Origin: Vicugna vicugna
Lineage: Eukaryota
Length of the DNA: 64,000 nucleotides
Direction of reading: 5' to 3'
Assembly: GCA_013265495.1 (NCBI GenBank)
Contig: MU058009.1
Location: 3,055,780-3,119,779 of the forward strand
Below the pieces are notes generated by a model. The model did not search any database. It worked only from the letters and a program-made list of their open reading frames with translations, and was not told the DNA's origin. Below, piece after piece: positions 37,200 to 50,920 of this stretch. Each line of letters begins with the position of its first letter. Position 1 is the first letter of the stretch. The translations under genes were made by a program, and so were the position numbers.

Positions 37200-38560
37200 G
37201 GACATGAACATTCAGGTGTAATACATCTTCCACTGGCGTCTGAAAGGACTTTGGCTTTAAATATTTCTTCTTCCTCATTCCTTACCTCCTTGCCTTCTGG
37301 GATGCCAATTGCACGTATGTTAGGCTCTTTATCTGTATTCTGCATGTTTCATACTTCTGTCTGCCCTTTAGTGTTTTTTTTTTTCCTATTCACATGTATT
37401 CAGGTCCACCAGCTTGATTTCTGCTGTGAAAAATGCTCAGAGAGTTCTTACTTTCAGACAGTGCAGTCCTAGGAATCCACTTGCTTTTTTTAACAATAGA
37501 TTCCAGTTCTCAGCTGAAATTCTTCATCTTTTCAGCCATCATTTTGCCCATTTTTCCTCTATTTTCTTTTAAATATTCATCGTACTTATTTTCAAAGTCC
37601 TTCTCTGTTAAGTCTAACATTTGGGTATTTGTGGATCTGCTTTATTGTCTATTTCTTTCTCTTGATTATTGGTCACATTTTCCTACCTCTTCTCATGTCT
37701 TATTACTTACAGTTGTTTGGCAGACCTTAGATATAAAAAACCCCATAAATATTGAAATTAAGATTACTTCCCCCCAAAAAGGCTTTGCCTTTTCCCCAGT
37801 GGGCCAGACGGCGTAAGAGGCTGATCACCTTGACACCACGAGAACGCAGGCTGGGTTGTGTCTGGGCTGCAGTTCGACTCAGTCCTCTCGTGGGATTTTG
37901 TCTCCTACAAAATGTGAGACTGAAGGAGGTCTGACTCCTGGTCCAGCCACTATCTGGGCAAAGTCCCCTTGGGCTTGGGGTTGAGATCTTGCTGTATCTC
38001 TGTCACTTCCGCCCTAAAAGTTTAGCTCATTAGTCTCCATGTCACGTGGATTCAGAATCTGCCAGCACTTTCACAGAGCCCATTGGCTGTGCTTGCAAGC
38101 CCCTCCTGCTGGCGTGACCGTCTCCCGGGGGCTTGGAGGCTCTGGGTGAATTCACTCTTTCCTGGTGGCTCAGCGCCGACGTCCAGTCTCCTGTCCACCC
38201 CAAATGCAGTAACTGTCCTGTGGGGAAGCCAGCCGTGTGCCTGGGACTCTCCTGGATCCACTCTCTCACACCAGGCTGTGGAGCTCGGACAAGCCCCCCG
38301 ATTTCTCTTTTCCTCTTCACATGGTCAGCCCAGGGCTGGGCCTCAGCAGACGCCCCCAGGCCCCTGCAGGGAGGAAAGCTGGCAACCTCAGCTCCCTGTC
38401 TGGTCCCCTCCCCTCTGGAGCTGTCCTTTCTCTAGTCCCCTTTGCCTCTGTGGGTCTCCTCGCTGTTTTTAAAAATATGATTCTGTGATGTGTCTTTATC
38501 TCCTCTGGCTGTGCAGTGGGAGGAATGCCTGCCTCTGCCTACTAAATCCTACTCAGGAGC
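37200..38560 (-). mobile_element. Old L1 5'/ORF1 region fragment
   Basis: 'ccttctgggatgccaattgcacgtatgttagg' and 'tagattccagttctcagctgaaattcttcatctt' are antisense L1M motifs. Confidence 0.65.
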
Positions 38561-38706
38561 AAAAGTCCAAAATATGCCTATTTTTAAAATCTGGTTTTTG
38601 TCAGTGAAAGTACACTGAGTCATACTGTTTTGCCAATATTTTATTATACATATTTTTGAACAGACAGCAAAGTTTAAAGAAGTTTACTGTGAACAACCCA
38701 CATACT

Positions 38707-38882
38707 TAGTGATGTGCTGGGGAGCAGGCTCTCCAGGCAGAAAATAAAGCAAGCTCTATTTGTCTTGTTTGCGGGCTTCTGTGCTGTAGACATGCCCACC
38801 ACAGACAGGTTCAGCCACCAACGTAACCTGGGGGAGAGCTGAGCAAAATCTGCTCTTGGGAGCCGGTGCAGAGACACCACTG
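38707..38882. mobile_element. MER63-like hAT DNA transposon nested in an L1 remnant
   Basis: Imperfect terminal inverted repeats tagtgatgtg / acaccactg, with internal 'catgcccaccac...cagccaccaacg'. Confidence 0.6.
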
Positions 38883-41080
38883 CATAGAACCATCACCTCG
38901 GTTCTCAGACTAACATTTTGTATCCTTATTTCCTCACCTTTGTATCCAGCCCTGTTTCTACCAACATCCACCTTATTTTTTGTGAATTTCAGATACAGTT
39001 CCCTCCAAATACTTCAGCACGCATATTAACCAGAGTTTAATATTTCTTTACAGTATTTTTTATGTAAAATGAATTCTCCGTCTTAACTGTATGTTTGCTG
39101 AGTCTTGAGTCGTGCATCTGTGAAATCCAGTCCCTCTCAAGATATAAAAGAGCACATTTACCCCAGAAATTTCCCCATAAAACTTGACCAACTAAAAGCT
39201 TTCTGCTTTTCTATGAACTGTCCCTTAACCAGGAATTCTTCGCTACACTTGATCAAATGATCACCCTAAATGCGTGTCTTTGTATTCCATTTTGTACTCG
39301 TCAGGAGGAATAACCAGAAATTTGCGAGCATGAACTTTGAAGGTATATGCCTCGTAGGCACCTGAGAGCTTCAGGATTCATAGCGTGCCCCCTCACTGAC
39401 TCAGGCCAAGAAAGCATTGCAGACATCAAACGCAGATCAAGTCCACAGTCCCCAGGACAGACAAGCAGCCTCACAGCCCACCCCTCCAGACTCCGTCAGC
39501 TCCAGCTCCCACACTGAACACGTGTGAATCATTCATAACAGTCCCGTGATGTAGCTGTCATCCACGGGGAGCAAGCCTTTCCTACCTCCCGCCCCTGGCT
39601 GACGCCCCGACCGCACTTCACTTGGCAATGCGTGCATTTGGCTTCCACCTGTCATAACTCAAGGGGAAATATCAGTCAGCAGCGAAAAACACAATCCAGA
39701 AAAGCACTCGGCAAGAAAAGGGAGAAAAGAGCCACTGCCTTCAATTATGAGGAAGGATACTGTAGACTCGCGCAGTGTGACATACGGACAGTGTTTAGAG
39801 CTCTGAACCGCGGATCCGTGCTCCAGGCGAGGAAGGCAGGTTTGGAGAAGAGTGCGTAGAAATCTTGCACCCGAAGTGCCAAAACAGAAAATATTTTCAA
39901 AAATAATTGCACGTCTCTGACGTTAACAAGGACAGTGATCAGGACGTGATGCTGCCTTTTATTACTGGAGGACGGGTAAAATCATAATATCTAACACATG
40001 TGTCACGGTTTATTAAGGTTTCGTTCTGGTCGCCTCACTTGCCAGACCTTGGGAGGACGCATGAAAGTTACAAGAAGGCTGATTACTTTAACTGTTCGGG
40101 CTGTGTAACAATTAAATGAGTTACTGCCTGAAGCTTCCAGACTTCATGACCTCATGACCACATGACTCTCCAGTGACTATATTTTCCAAACTGAATTTGG
40201 GTCACTTTTTTGCTCAGTAAACATTTGATACCCAGAGATATCAGAACATTCAAGAGACTAGCTGTTATTTAATTCACTCAACAAACATACATTTGTCAAG
40301 TTTTTCTAGTCTCTTTTTCACATATGCTCATAGTTATGCTTTGTAAGCTAATAGTTCATGAATAATAATTCATTTAACTGTTTTCTTCCTGCTGGACTTT
40401 TTGGTGTTTCTAATTTTTCCATGTGACAAATATTGTCACAATAAATACCATGGCATAGAAGGCTTCCTCTGTATGTTGGGTTGCTACTCAAACATAGATC
40501 GAGGGGCCTAATCCTTTTTAATGCCCTTCTGCAACATCATAAAATCCTCTTCCAAAAAGTTTGCATCAATTTATAAACCTATAAAAAATGTATGAGAGTG
40601 CTCATTTCACTGCACCCTTGCCAACAGTGAGTGACAGGAATCTTTTAGACACTGAAAACGTGGGTAGTCCAGGAAGATCTCAGCTGGATACTAACATACC
40701 AACTTTGGAGAATTACATAGAACGGGCTCTAATTGGTGGATATAGCTGCATGAAGTTTAAGGCCCCATCTAAATGTCTAGGGTTATATTTACAACTGATA
40801 CTCATTTGAACATAACTAGTTCTATCATGATGGGTTTCACAGTAAAGCAATTATTTTTCTGAAGACATTATGAAAAATTTACAGGAGAAACCTAAATGAC
40901 ATGGCTAGTTCACACGACAGAGGTTGGTATAATCTTTGGTTTCTCAGGATTTAGTGGACTACGGTGGGTGTGCTTGCAAACTACTTCACATAAGATGCAA
41001 ATTACCTGTATTGTTTAGTTATATATATGTATGTATATGTCTGATAAATAAAAGTAATATACATGTATTTATTACATACA

Positions 41081-41481
41081 TGTATTAGTCAGCTCAGGCT
41101 GCCATAGCAAAATATCTTAGACTGGGTGGCTTAAATAACAGACACTTATTTCTCAGATTTCTGGAGGCTAGACGTCTGAGGTCAGGGCAGCAGAACAGTA
41201 GGGGTCTGTTGAGAGACCCCTTCCCGGCTTCTAGATGGCCTCCTTCTCTCTGTGTTCTCACATGGGGACGGAGGGGGCGGAGAGAGAGCGGGGGGAGAGG
41301 AAGACAGAGAGAGAGGTCTCTTCGTCTTCTTGTAAGACCACAGTCCTGCTGGCTTCGGATCTTACTTAGGATGGTATTAAACCTGAATTTCCTCCTAGAG
41401 ACCCTGTCTCCAGATACAGTCACGTCGTGGGGTAGGGCTTCGATGCGTGGATTTGTGGGGAACACGGTTCAATCCATAGCA
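41081..41481 (-). mobile_element. MLT1A-like MaLR solo LTR
   Basis: Termini TGTATTAGTC...TCCATAGCA, with 'agactgggtggcttaaataacagacacttatttctca'. Confidence 0.85.
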
Positions 41482-41768
41482 ATGTGTGTCTTTAATAATA
41501 ATGTATTTTGAGGATAATATTTTAGCAATATTAGTAAATAGTATATATTAAGTAAAATATATATTTTAAAGTAAGGCCATCAAATTGGTTTTGTTCTCAA
41601 GCTTTGGTCTCAAGCATCTTTCCGTGACCCCTTTTGAAGTCTCTCTGTGCATCTTGGTTGAGATGGGAGGCTGACTCTACAACTAAACCGAGACAGACAG
41701 TGTCCGAGTTCTCGAGGAGCTGACTTCAGACTGTGTCCCTTTCAGACTAAGGGTCAGCATTAAGACCC

Positions 41769-42330
41769 TGCTATGGTTATCTACTGCTACGTAACAAATC
41801 ATCCCCAGATGCAGTGGCCGAAAACAACAACAATAACTTTGTTATCTGTCATGGTTTCTGCAGGGCAGGAATTTGGGGAGGGCTTGGCCGGGTGATCCTG
41901 GCTGGGGGTCTCTCGTGTGGTTGTCATCATGACAGTGGTTGAGATTGGAAGACTGGACGGGGAGAGACTGAGGCATCCGGAGTCTAACCGGCTCGCTCTC
42001 TGCACATAGTCTCAGGGCCTCTCCATATGGTTTTTCTGTCTCAGTCAGTTAGTGCCTCCTTGCAGCGTGGTGGACTCAGGGCAGTCAGGCCACTCGCACG
42101 GTAGCCCAGTGCTCCAGCGCCAGGGTTCCACCTCACAAGGTGATCAGCCTCTGAAGCCATGCAGTGTCACTTCCTCGACATTCTGCTGGTTACAAATGAG
42201 GCACCAGCCCATCCAGATTCAAAGGAAGGAGAACTAGCCTCCATCACTTAATGGGAGGGAGGCAAGATTCTACAAGGGCAAATGGAGTGAATTACCGTCA
42301 CGTCCATCTTTGGGAAACATGGTCCACCAC
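41769..42330 (-). mobile_element. MLT1G/H-like MaLR LTR
   Basis: 'tatctactgctacgtaacaaatcatcccca...ggtttctgcagggcaggaatttgggga...ccagcccatccagattcaaagg'. Confidence 0.75.
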
Positions 42331-43009
42331 AAGCCCTTTCATAGAGAATCCAGATCTGAGAAATGGATATTTCCACTAATTCTCCGTGGACAGTCCCCAT
42401 CTTGAAACATGGCATCTGGTTCTGAGCACCTGTTTCAGTCGGGCTCATTGGAGGCTGTGAAGCTCATCCTTTGAGGAGTGATCATAGGAGCTAGCTTCAT
42501 TCTTCCTGGATACGAGATGCAGGAGGAGGGGTGATCGCTGCCTTGGCATGTTTGCAGAACTGCCATATAGGAAGGGAGCGGGTTTGTTCTGGGACGCTCC
42601 AGAAGGGTGGATGGATACAGGGTTTTTCAAGGACCATGAGTCAAACTCGGAGGCTTCCTTCGCCAATTACCTCTGCACACAAACTTCTTTTAAAAGGTGT
42701 CTGTTGATTAAAAATAAAAAGTTTTCAAACCATTATACTTGATCAAATAAATGAGTGCTACAGGGGAAAAACCAGGTGCAGAAAAGTTTATTTAATGCAA
42801 AAATAAATGGGACCTATGCCCCTCACGACAGGGGAGCCCAAATCCCAGGGTACAGGTAGCGTGCCAGTGAGCACTGCAAGGCAAGGATAACTACAGTGCA
42901 ATATTCGCACGTATTTTAAATTAAAAGTTCTAAGAGAACTTCCCAGGTGCAGGTAGCTGATCAAGGCGTGCCCCCTCCATTCCCCAGGGATACTGGGTGG
43001 AAAAGTTTG

Positions 43010-43195
43010 TTGACACAGTTAAGGGCACAGGCTAAGAGCCAGGGTGCCTGGATTCAGATCCTGGCTCTGTCACTTACTAGTCATACAGCCCTGGGCGACT
43101 TCGCCTTAGTTTCCTCATCTGTGAAATGGGGGTAATGCCTACCTGATGGTAAGGATGAAATAGGCTCATTTAGGTATAGAGCTTAGTAAGTAACA
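43010..43195 (+). mobile_element. MIR SINE
   Basis: 'cctggattcagatcctggctctgtcacttactag...agtttcctcatctgtgaaatgggg'. Confidence 0.8.
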
Positions 43196-43421
43196 CCTAC
43201 GTGTTGATTAAATAGGTAAAACTTTAGAAGTATGAAGGTAGTAAAAAGACATTCGTCATTGCATGATCATGAGCAGAGGCTGAAAATCACACATTTTGTT
43301 AAAGGGAATTGCTCACTTGAGGGCAGGGGGAGGCATAGCCTGCCCCTCCAAAAGGAATTCTGAAAAACTAGGACTGAAGTCAAGGTCATCCCCCTGCTGG
43401 GTGGTTTTTGATGGCCTAGAG

Positions 43422-43601
43422 CAGGGCTCAGCAAACTTTTCCTGCAAAGCACTGAAAAGTAAATCTTTCAGGATTTGTGGGTCATGCCATCTTTGGTGCA
43501 ACTATTAAACTCTGCCATTGCTGCCTGAAAGCAGCCGTGCATTAAAGGCGTGGTTGGACCAGATTTGGCCCACTATCCACGTCCACAGTTTGCTGACTCA
43601 A
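43422..43601. mobile_element. MER58A-like hAT-Charlie MITE
   Basis: TIRs cagggctcagcaaact / agtttgctgactc, with 'aactattaaactctgccattg...aaagcagcc'. Confidence 0.75.
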
Positions 43602-45120
43602 GGCTAAATCATGACCTGAGCAAGTGAGCTGAGAATCCAGTGGTTTTGATGGAGGTGCAGAGCAACTGGAAGCCGAAGGGGAGGGCAGGTGGGAACCCAG
43701 TGCCACAGCGCCTCCCCTCCTCCTTGGGGGAGCTCACTCTGACTTTGAACAGGTCCTCTGTGCTCAGCTGGGATGTTGGGCGCCATGCACGCTCAAAGAG
43801 GAGGACCGTATCAGGAACAAGAGGGCACCGGTCATCCATTCTCATCACTGTGTGTTCCGTTACTGTATTGCAAGGTCCTTGGAAAGAAAGCCCAGGCTTT
43901 GTTTTCCTTCAGACCAGCTCCAAACCGCAGAACAATGCTGTCCATTCTGTGGATGGTCAGTGAGCCCTTGCTGACTGTCTTTATTTCTTCACCTGCAATA
44001 AGATCTCCCCAGGCCCATATGGAAACCTAAAAGTTCATGAGGGACTAATTCAGCGAGCCTCTTCCAGGGGAAGTTCAGTCCCCATGGGGAGTGATTACAC
44101 ACGGATGGAATTTCTGCACACTGCAGGGAAAGATGATCTTTGCCTTTTGGCTGTGTCGCAGTAGTAAGTGGGAGACTGATTATTTCTAAGAGCACAGTTC
44201 TTCCCGGCACTGATAAGAGCGGAATGCAGGCTACCATGGAGATGCAGGTCACTAATTAGTCCCAGAAGCCTCTCTGCCTTGAATCACTGTTACATTAATT
44301 ATGCATCAAATTAGAATGTTTGCAGAGGCCCAGCGCCAACTGTGCTGCAGATGAAGGAGCGGCCCGCCCAGCACACCGCAGGGACCAGCCACGAACCCCG
44401 AGGCCTGGGCGCGCAGTGACCCGGCCTGATCTCTGACCCAGCTGCCTGCAGCCTCCGGCCTGCGAGCCTGCTGCTGGCCCAGGGAGGACCAGGGCAGAGC
44501 GGGCGGAGAGACGGCCACCCTGCCGTTCCGCCCTCCGAGCTCCGTCGTGCAGAGCTGCAAACCGACACCACACAGCCATTCGGACATTTTATTTCTGCAG
44601 GAACAAATTGAGGACACTTCCAGGTGTTTGTTGATGTAGAGACAACATGTCTGGACTGTTGTCTGACTTTGGGTTTTTTTAGAGCTGGGTCCACATGGCT
44701 ATAGCTTTGGTCCAACTATTCTGTCTCCTTCTCCTGCCCCACCTCCCTGCTTGTGCTCTCCAGGAGCATAAAACCAAAATATACTAGATGCTTGGTTGTA
44801 AAATAAACAGATGATAAATAGCAGGCTCTGTGCCTGTGGGGTTATAATTCCATCGAGGGCCTGAGTTGAAGTCATAAACTACAAGAAGTGAAGTGTGACC
44901 CACAAATGGCCTTCAAGATGGAATTACAGCCCCATAATTCAAAATGGACCTTTGAAAAAATAATTCTCAAAACCTAGTTTTAATTCGGGGACAGCTTCCT
45001 GGTTGTAATGACATCTCCTGATGAGCTCGTCGGTAAGCAAGTAACTCCTCTGTGTTCATCTGTGATTCTGTATTATTTGTTGATATTGGGGTGAGCATCC
45101 TACCTGGTCTCTCGGAGGTG

Positions 45121-45207
45121 ATGATGGAACCAGGCAGTGGTGCCCCAAACAGAACCACAGAAAGGGAAGCTGGCATCCCACTGCGAGAAAGTTCACCGCC
45201 AATGAAC
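45121..45207 (+). CDS. Candidate first coding exon MMEPGSGAPNRTTEREAGIPLRESSPPMN (phase 0)
   Basis: Tandem ATGs (second in atgATGG context), 29 open codons in unique sequence, and consensus intronic donor AAC|GTAAGT. Protein not recognised. Confidence 0.35.
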
Positions 45208-45369
45208 GTAAGTGACCTTGGGACTGAGAGGACGAAACGTTGGCTCCTGACCACAGAGGGTGTCCTCTCTTGCCTCTGAATTTCACACCTTCATCTCCCA
45301 TCTTCTCACTTGTGAGCTCATGTAAGGACTTGGGTTATTTATTTTCTAAATGGGGATTTTCCAGAAATC

Positions 45370-46565
45370 TTTCTATCCATCACCATACAGTTGACTCCTT
45401 TCACCCATTTTGTCTACCCTCCAGCCTCCTTCCTCTCCAATAACCACTAATCTTTTGTGTTTTTTAAACTATGAGGTTGTTTCTGTTTAATTTTGTTGGT
45501 TGGTTGGTTTTGTTCTATTTTGTTTTGTTTTAGATTCCACATGAGTGAAATATTGACATATTTCACTGAATGTAATTCTCTTAAGGTCCATCCATATTGT
45601 CAAAAATGGCAGGATGCCTTTGTATGTATTTATATCACATCTTCTTCATCCATTTATCCACTAATGGGCACTTAGGTTGTTTCCATATCTTGGCTATTGT
45701 AAATTATGCTACAGTAAACATAGGGGTGCAGATATCTTTGAATTAGTGTTTTCATGTTCTTTGGATAAATACCCAAAAGTGGGACAGCTGGATCATATGG
45801 TAGTTCTGTTTTTAATTTTTTGAGGACTCCCCTTACTGTTTTCCATACTGGCTGCATCAATTTACAGTTCCAACAATGTGTAAGAGTTCCCTTTTCTCCA
45901 CATCCTCCCCAGCATTTGTTATTCCTTGTCTTATCAATAATAGCCATTATAACAGGAGTGAGGTGGTAGCTCATTGTGGTTTTGATTTGCATTTCTCTGA
46001 TGATTAATGAGCATCTTTTCATGTGTCTTTTGTCCATTTGTATGTCTTCTCTGGAAAGATGTCTGTTCAGATCTTCTGTTTTTTAATTGGATTGTTTGGT
46101 TCTTTGATATTGAGTTGTATGAGTAATTTATATATTTTGGACATTAACCCCTTATCAGATACATGATTTTCTAATATCTTTTCCCACTCAGTAGGTTGTC
46201 TTTTCACGTTGATGAAAAGGAATCTTCACTGTGCAGAAAGTTTTTAGTTTTATATAGTCCCACTTGTTTATTCTTGGTTTTGTTTCCCTTGCCTTTGGAG
46301 TTAGATCCACAAATGCATTACTAAGACTGATGTCAATGAGGTTATCACCTATTTTTTATAGGAATTTTATAGTTTCCGGTATGACCTCCAAGTCTTTAAT
46401 CCATTCTGGTTAATTTTAGTGTATGGTATGAGACAGTGATCTAGTTTTATTCTGTTGCATTGGGCTGTCCAGTTTTTCCAATAGCACTTATTAAAGAGTC
46501 TGTTCTTTCTCCGTTGTGTGTTCTTTGCTCCTTTGTCATCCATTAATTGCCCATACACGTGTGGG
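45370..46565 (-). mobile_element. L1 ORF2 C-terminus and 3' UTR, decayed
   Basis: Minus ORF 45672-46037 contains [18 protein letters not shown]...[16 protein letters not shown]. Confidence 0.9.
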
Positions 46566-48030
46566 AGGATGGAGTAGTCCCTGTCAATTAGGTCAAGGTG
46601 GTCAGTAGTGTTGTTCAAGTGTTCTAGACCCTTATTTTCTGTCTCTTTGTATATCAGTTATTGAGAAAAGGATTTAAAAATTTCTAACTATCCTTGTAGA
46701 TTTGTTTACTTCTTTTTATTCTATTGGTTTTGCTTCATTTATTTTGAAGTTGTTAGGTACTATTAGGTACCTCTACATTTAGGATTGTTACGCCCTCATG
46801 ATGAATTGACCCCTTTGTTATCATGGAATCTCCCTTTATCCTGTGTAGCATTATTTGTTCCGCTTTGTTGATATTAATTACAGCCACTCCAGATGTCTTT
46901 TGGTTAGTTTTTGCATGGTATTCTTTTTCCATCCTCTTAGTTTTAACTTTTCTATATCTTTATACATAAAAGTATCTTGTAGGCAGAATATAGATGTCTT
47001 TCTTTTTAAAATCCAATCTGATAATCCCTGATTTTTAATTAAAGTATGAAAATAGTATTTCTTGTGCAGGTCTGCTGTTGATGGATCCCTTCTGCTCTTA
47101 TTTGTGTGAATTTTTTTTTCATTTCTAACATTCTCTGTTTTGTCTCCATTTTTGAAAGATAATTTTCCTGAGAACACAATTCTATGATAACAGTTTGTTT
47201 CAGCATTTAAAGGTGTTGCTCTGTTGTCTTTTGGTTTGCACATCTTATCATAAGAAGTCTGCTGTCATGTTTGTCTTTATTGCTCTGTATGTGATGTACC
47301 TTTATCTCAGGCTGCTTTTAAGATTTTCTTTTTGTCTTTGTTTTTTAGAGATTTGATTATAATCTACTTTGACATGGTTTTCTTTATATTTATTCTGCTT
47401 GGTTTCCACGGACTTTTTCTCTTTTTCTGACATGTGGGTTTATAGTCTTCATTAAATTTGGTAAACTTTTAGCTACTATTTCTTCATATATGTCTCCCCC
47501 TCCTCTCTGGGACTCTAACTGTACATATTCTTTAATATGGTTGTGTGGGTACTATATATTGTTTTAATTTTTGTTCAACCTTTTCTTTGTGCTTAATTTT
47601 AAACATTTTCTATAACTATGTCTTCTGATGGTTTACTGATCTGTTCTTCTATAGCATCTAATCTGCTCTTAGTCTCGTCAGTATATTTTTGTTTCAGATG
47701 GTTTGATTTTCTTCTCTAGAAGTTCCATTTCAAGTGCTCACTGTCTTTTAAAAACCTTTCTTTTGGCTCCTTATCATGTTCATGTCTCCCACTCCTTCTT
47801 GAGCACATTAAATGTATTTTTCATAGCTGCTTTAAAGTCTTTGTTTTCCAATTTCTGAATTTCTACCATTTCTGATTCTGTTTATTGACCTTTTCCTGGT
47901 TATGGGCCATATGGTTCTACTTTTTTGCATACCTGATAATTTTTTTTACTTGATGCCACACCTTGTGAAATTTTACACTGCTGAGTGCTGGGGTGTGCCA
48001 TATTTCTTTTAATAGTATTCAACTTTGTTC
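46566..48030 (-). mobile_element. Older L1 endonuclease/ORF1-region fragments
   Basis: Minus ORF 46878-47243 contains LSDWILK...CLQDTF...KLKLRGWKK (EN-like) and GKLSFKN (ORF1-like). Confidence 0.8.
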
Positions 48031-48384
48031 TGCATCAAGTTAGAGCAGTGGATGCCTCTGGGCAGTGGTGAGATTGGAGTGTTGGTTACACAGGTGTGTA
48101 TTTGTCACAAAATTCACCAAAATATACACTTAGGATTTGTACATTTTACTGTATGTAAATTATACTCAATAAAAATATTTTTAATGTTACACATGCTCAT
48201 TTAAAAATTTTGAAGTAACCCAAATATATAGAGAGCAAAAACTAAAAGTTCTATTTCACTCCTCCTCAATTATCTCTTAATTATTTCTTCTTCCCCAGAG
48301 TCTCACCAGTCATGTAACTAGTTAAATCATTTCCTATCTCTCCTTCAAAATATTTACCTATGGATTTATAGATACAGCATTAGT

Positions 48385-48469
48385 GAGGAGAGTACAGCTC
48401 AGTGGTAGAGCATGTGCTTAGCATGCATGAGGTCGTGGGTTCAATCCCCAGTACCTCCAATAAATAAAT
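48385..48469 (+). mobile_element. tRNA-Ala-derived SINE (camelid Vic-1-like)
   Basis: A box 'agctcagtggtag', AGC anticodon loop, B box 'ggttcaatcc', and an (AATA)n tail. Confidence 0.85.
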
Positions 48470-48499
48470 GACCAAATAGAGCATCATTGTTAAGATCGC

Positions 48500-49170
48500 A
48501 GTCTCTAGAAATCAGACTGCCTCAACAAAACTGTGATTTTACTACTTACTAAATTAATTTTGCCCAGCCTTGAACATCATGTAAGTGGACTTACGAATAA
48601 GTATCAATATGTATCTGATCTTCCCTCGTTGTCATCTTTTAGGTTCATTGATGTTATTTCTTGTAGTAATAGTTTATTCCTTTTGATTGGATTCAGTTGT
48701 ATTTACCATTCTGTAATAATACTGCAGTTTCTGTACCCATCCTCCGGTTGGCAGCGATTTGGGCTGGATCCAGCTGGGCTGTCACGAAAAAAGTTTCTGG
48801 GAACACTCTTGTCTACGTGTTTGGTGGGCGTATGTTTTTGTTTCTCTCAGGTAAATATTTAGGAGTGAACTTGCTGGTTTAAGTTTAAGTCTATAAAAAC
48901 CCGTCTTTTTTGGAAGTGGTTGTACCATTTGCCTTTAGCAAAGTGTGAGATTTCCAGTTCCTCTACATCCTTACCAGCACTTGGGTCAGTTTTTGTTTTT
49001 GTTTTCTTAAATTTTAGCCATCCTGGTACGGAGTGATGCCTTCAGTGGCTTTAATGTCTATTTCCCTGATGACTGATGATGCTGGTCTTGTCTTGTGCTT
49101 ATTGGACCCTCACATGTCTTTCTCTGTGAAGTACTTGCTCAAATTCTTTGCTCATTGTTCTGTTGGCTAA
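48500..49170 (-). mobile_element. Old L1 3' fragment
   Basis: 'ggtaaatatttaggagtgaacttgctgg' and 'ttccagttcctctacatccttaccagcacttgg'. Confidence 0.75.
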
Positions 49171-50349
49171 CAGTGTAAGACAGGTACCCCCATAACTCAG
49201 TGGCATAAGCAACAGTTTTTAATTTTGTTTACAAATCTTCACTTTGGGAGGGGTCCATTTTGAACTCCTGATTCTGCTCCACATGCATCGGTTGGGGCAG
49301 CGCGGCTGGGGCTGGAATGTTCACTCCAAGATGGTCCAGCTGCATGCCTGGCGAAGTCAGTGCTGTCAGCCGGGACCTCAGCTGAGGCTATCCCCCCGAA
49401 GCCTGGCTTCCTTTTCCTTTGATATCACTAATGGGAAACCAGAATTTAAAAAAAGAAATTATTTCAAACATTTCAATTATATTTTCAGATGGAGTTTACA
49501 GTTTCTTTTCTTCTCAAATTGGGTACCCAAGCCCAGGGAGTACTTCATGTGTTGGGGAGGTCATCCCAGGGTGAACATGGCTCAGCTTCTCGGGACACCC
49601 ATTTTACCTATGCAATTTTGGGTAAAATCACATTTATCTTCTATTAAAATAAACTTAGATAAATTACGGTCTAGAATACAAATATCATCTGAATATTTAA
49701 AGTTAAAAATGACAGTTAAAAAAAGGTCCTCCTGGGAGAGAAACCTTAGGGCAACTCTCTCAGGTACCGGGGGATGAAGCCTTCCCTCCTTGGGACCGTG
49801 AAGGAAAAGTCTGAGAAGTTCTGCAGACTGACTGGGCGAGGAGTCTGAGGTCCTGCTCTTTATTTAAGATCTGCAGCCGTGATCGATGCCATCAAAGTGC
49901 TCTATTTACCCAGACACCTGTTAATTTTGTTTTAGTCACAGAATGAACAGTTTTTACCATGTGTGAGGCGCTACCCTCAAAACTGTCCATCTGTGCCTCA
50001 GGACATTGTTGGTTGAGAGAAACTGAAGGAAATCACTGTTTCTCTGACCCTCCATTGAGTCAAGACACAGCCAGCAGCCTGCCCTGCCCTTCCAGGTGCA
50101 GACAGAAGTGAGGTTACCACAAACCTTTCCTCCAAGCTGACCGCTGAGGGGTCCTCCAAGGATAGTCTTTCACTGTGTTTAGGGGTCCCAGGTAGTCTGC
50201 CTCCCACCACGGGCCATCACAGCATCTAACGCACCAGCCCTCTGAGGTAGGACGGTAGTGGCCTTGACAGACCACTACTTGGATGATGAGACGGAAGAGA
50301 GGGAACTCCTTTCTTAAGCCATTTATCACTCAAAAACAACTTGATTTAA

Positions 50350-50920
50350 ACTAGCTGGCCATGATTTTCAAACATGTCCTTAAATTCTTAAACACCATTA
50401 TCATCAAAAGGTGGGATCTGACCCCCCTTCCCTTGGATGTAGACCCGCCTTAGTGACCCACTGAACTGAACATAATTACGTAGAACTGACACTGTGTGAC
50501 TTTTCAGACTAGGGTAGGGACGGCAACGCATCTTCCCAGAGAGTGAGCCTTCTCTTTCTCTGTCTCTCTCTCTCAGTACGCGTCCTTGGAGCCCTGAGCC
50601 AACATACAAGAAATCCAGCAACATATAAGACATCAAGCTGTCCTGCTGGAAAGACTGCGTGGACGTAGAGAAAGATGCTCTAAGGCCCCACCCATTCCGG
50701 CCTTCCGCTGCCTGAGACTTCCCAGTCCAGGTGAGTGAGGAGCTTTCAGGGGGGTCCTGCCTCTGAGCTGCCGGGGCTGCTGCCAGGTGGAGCAGAGATG
50801 AACTTTCCTGCTGAGCCCTGCCCAAGTCGCAGACTCCCAAGCAAGTAAATGTTGTGCTGTTGTTTTAAGCCACTAAGTTTTGAGGTGGTATGTTTGGTAG
50901 TAACAGTAGATCCATGGACT
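50350..50920 (+). mobile_element. MLT1F/G-like MaLR LTR
   Basis: 'ctgacactgtgtgacttttcagactagg', 'ctgagccctgcccaa' and 'gttgttttaagccactaagttttgaggtgg'. Confidence 0.8.

Noticed and set aside
44601..44720. Exon after the acceptor ttttatttctgcag
   Set aside because: No convincing donor, and an early stop if joined to the phase-1 mini-exons.
48385..48459. Functional tRNA-Ala(AGC) gene
   Set aside because: Bulged acceptor stem, a T-stem mismatch, and an A-rich tail instead of an oligo-T terminator. It is a SINE.
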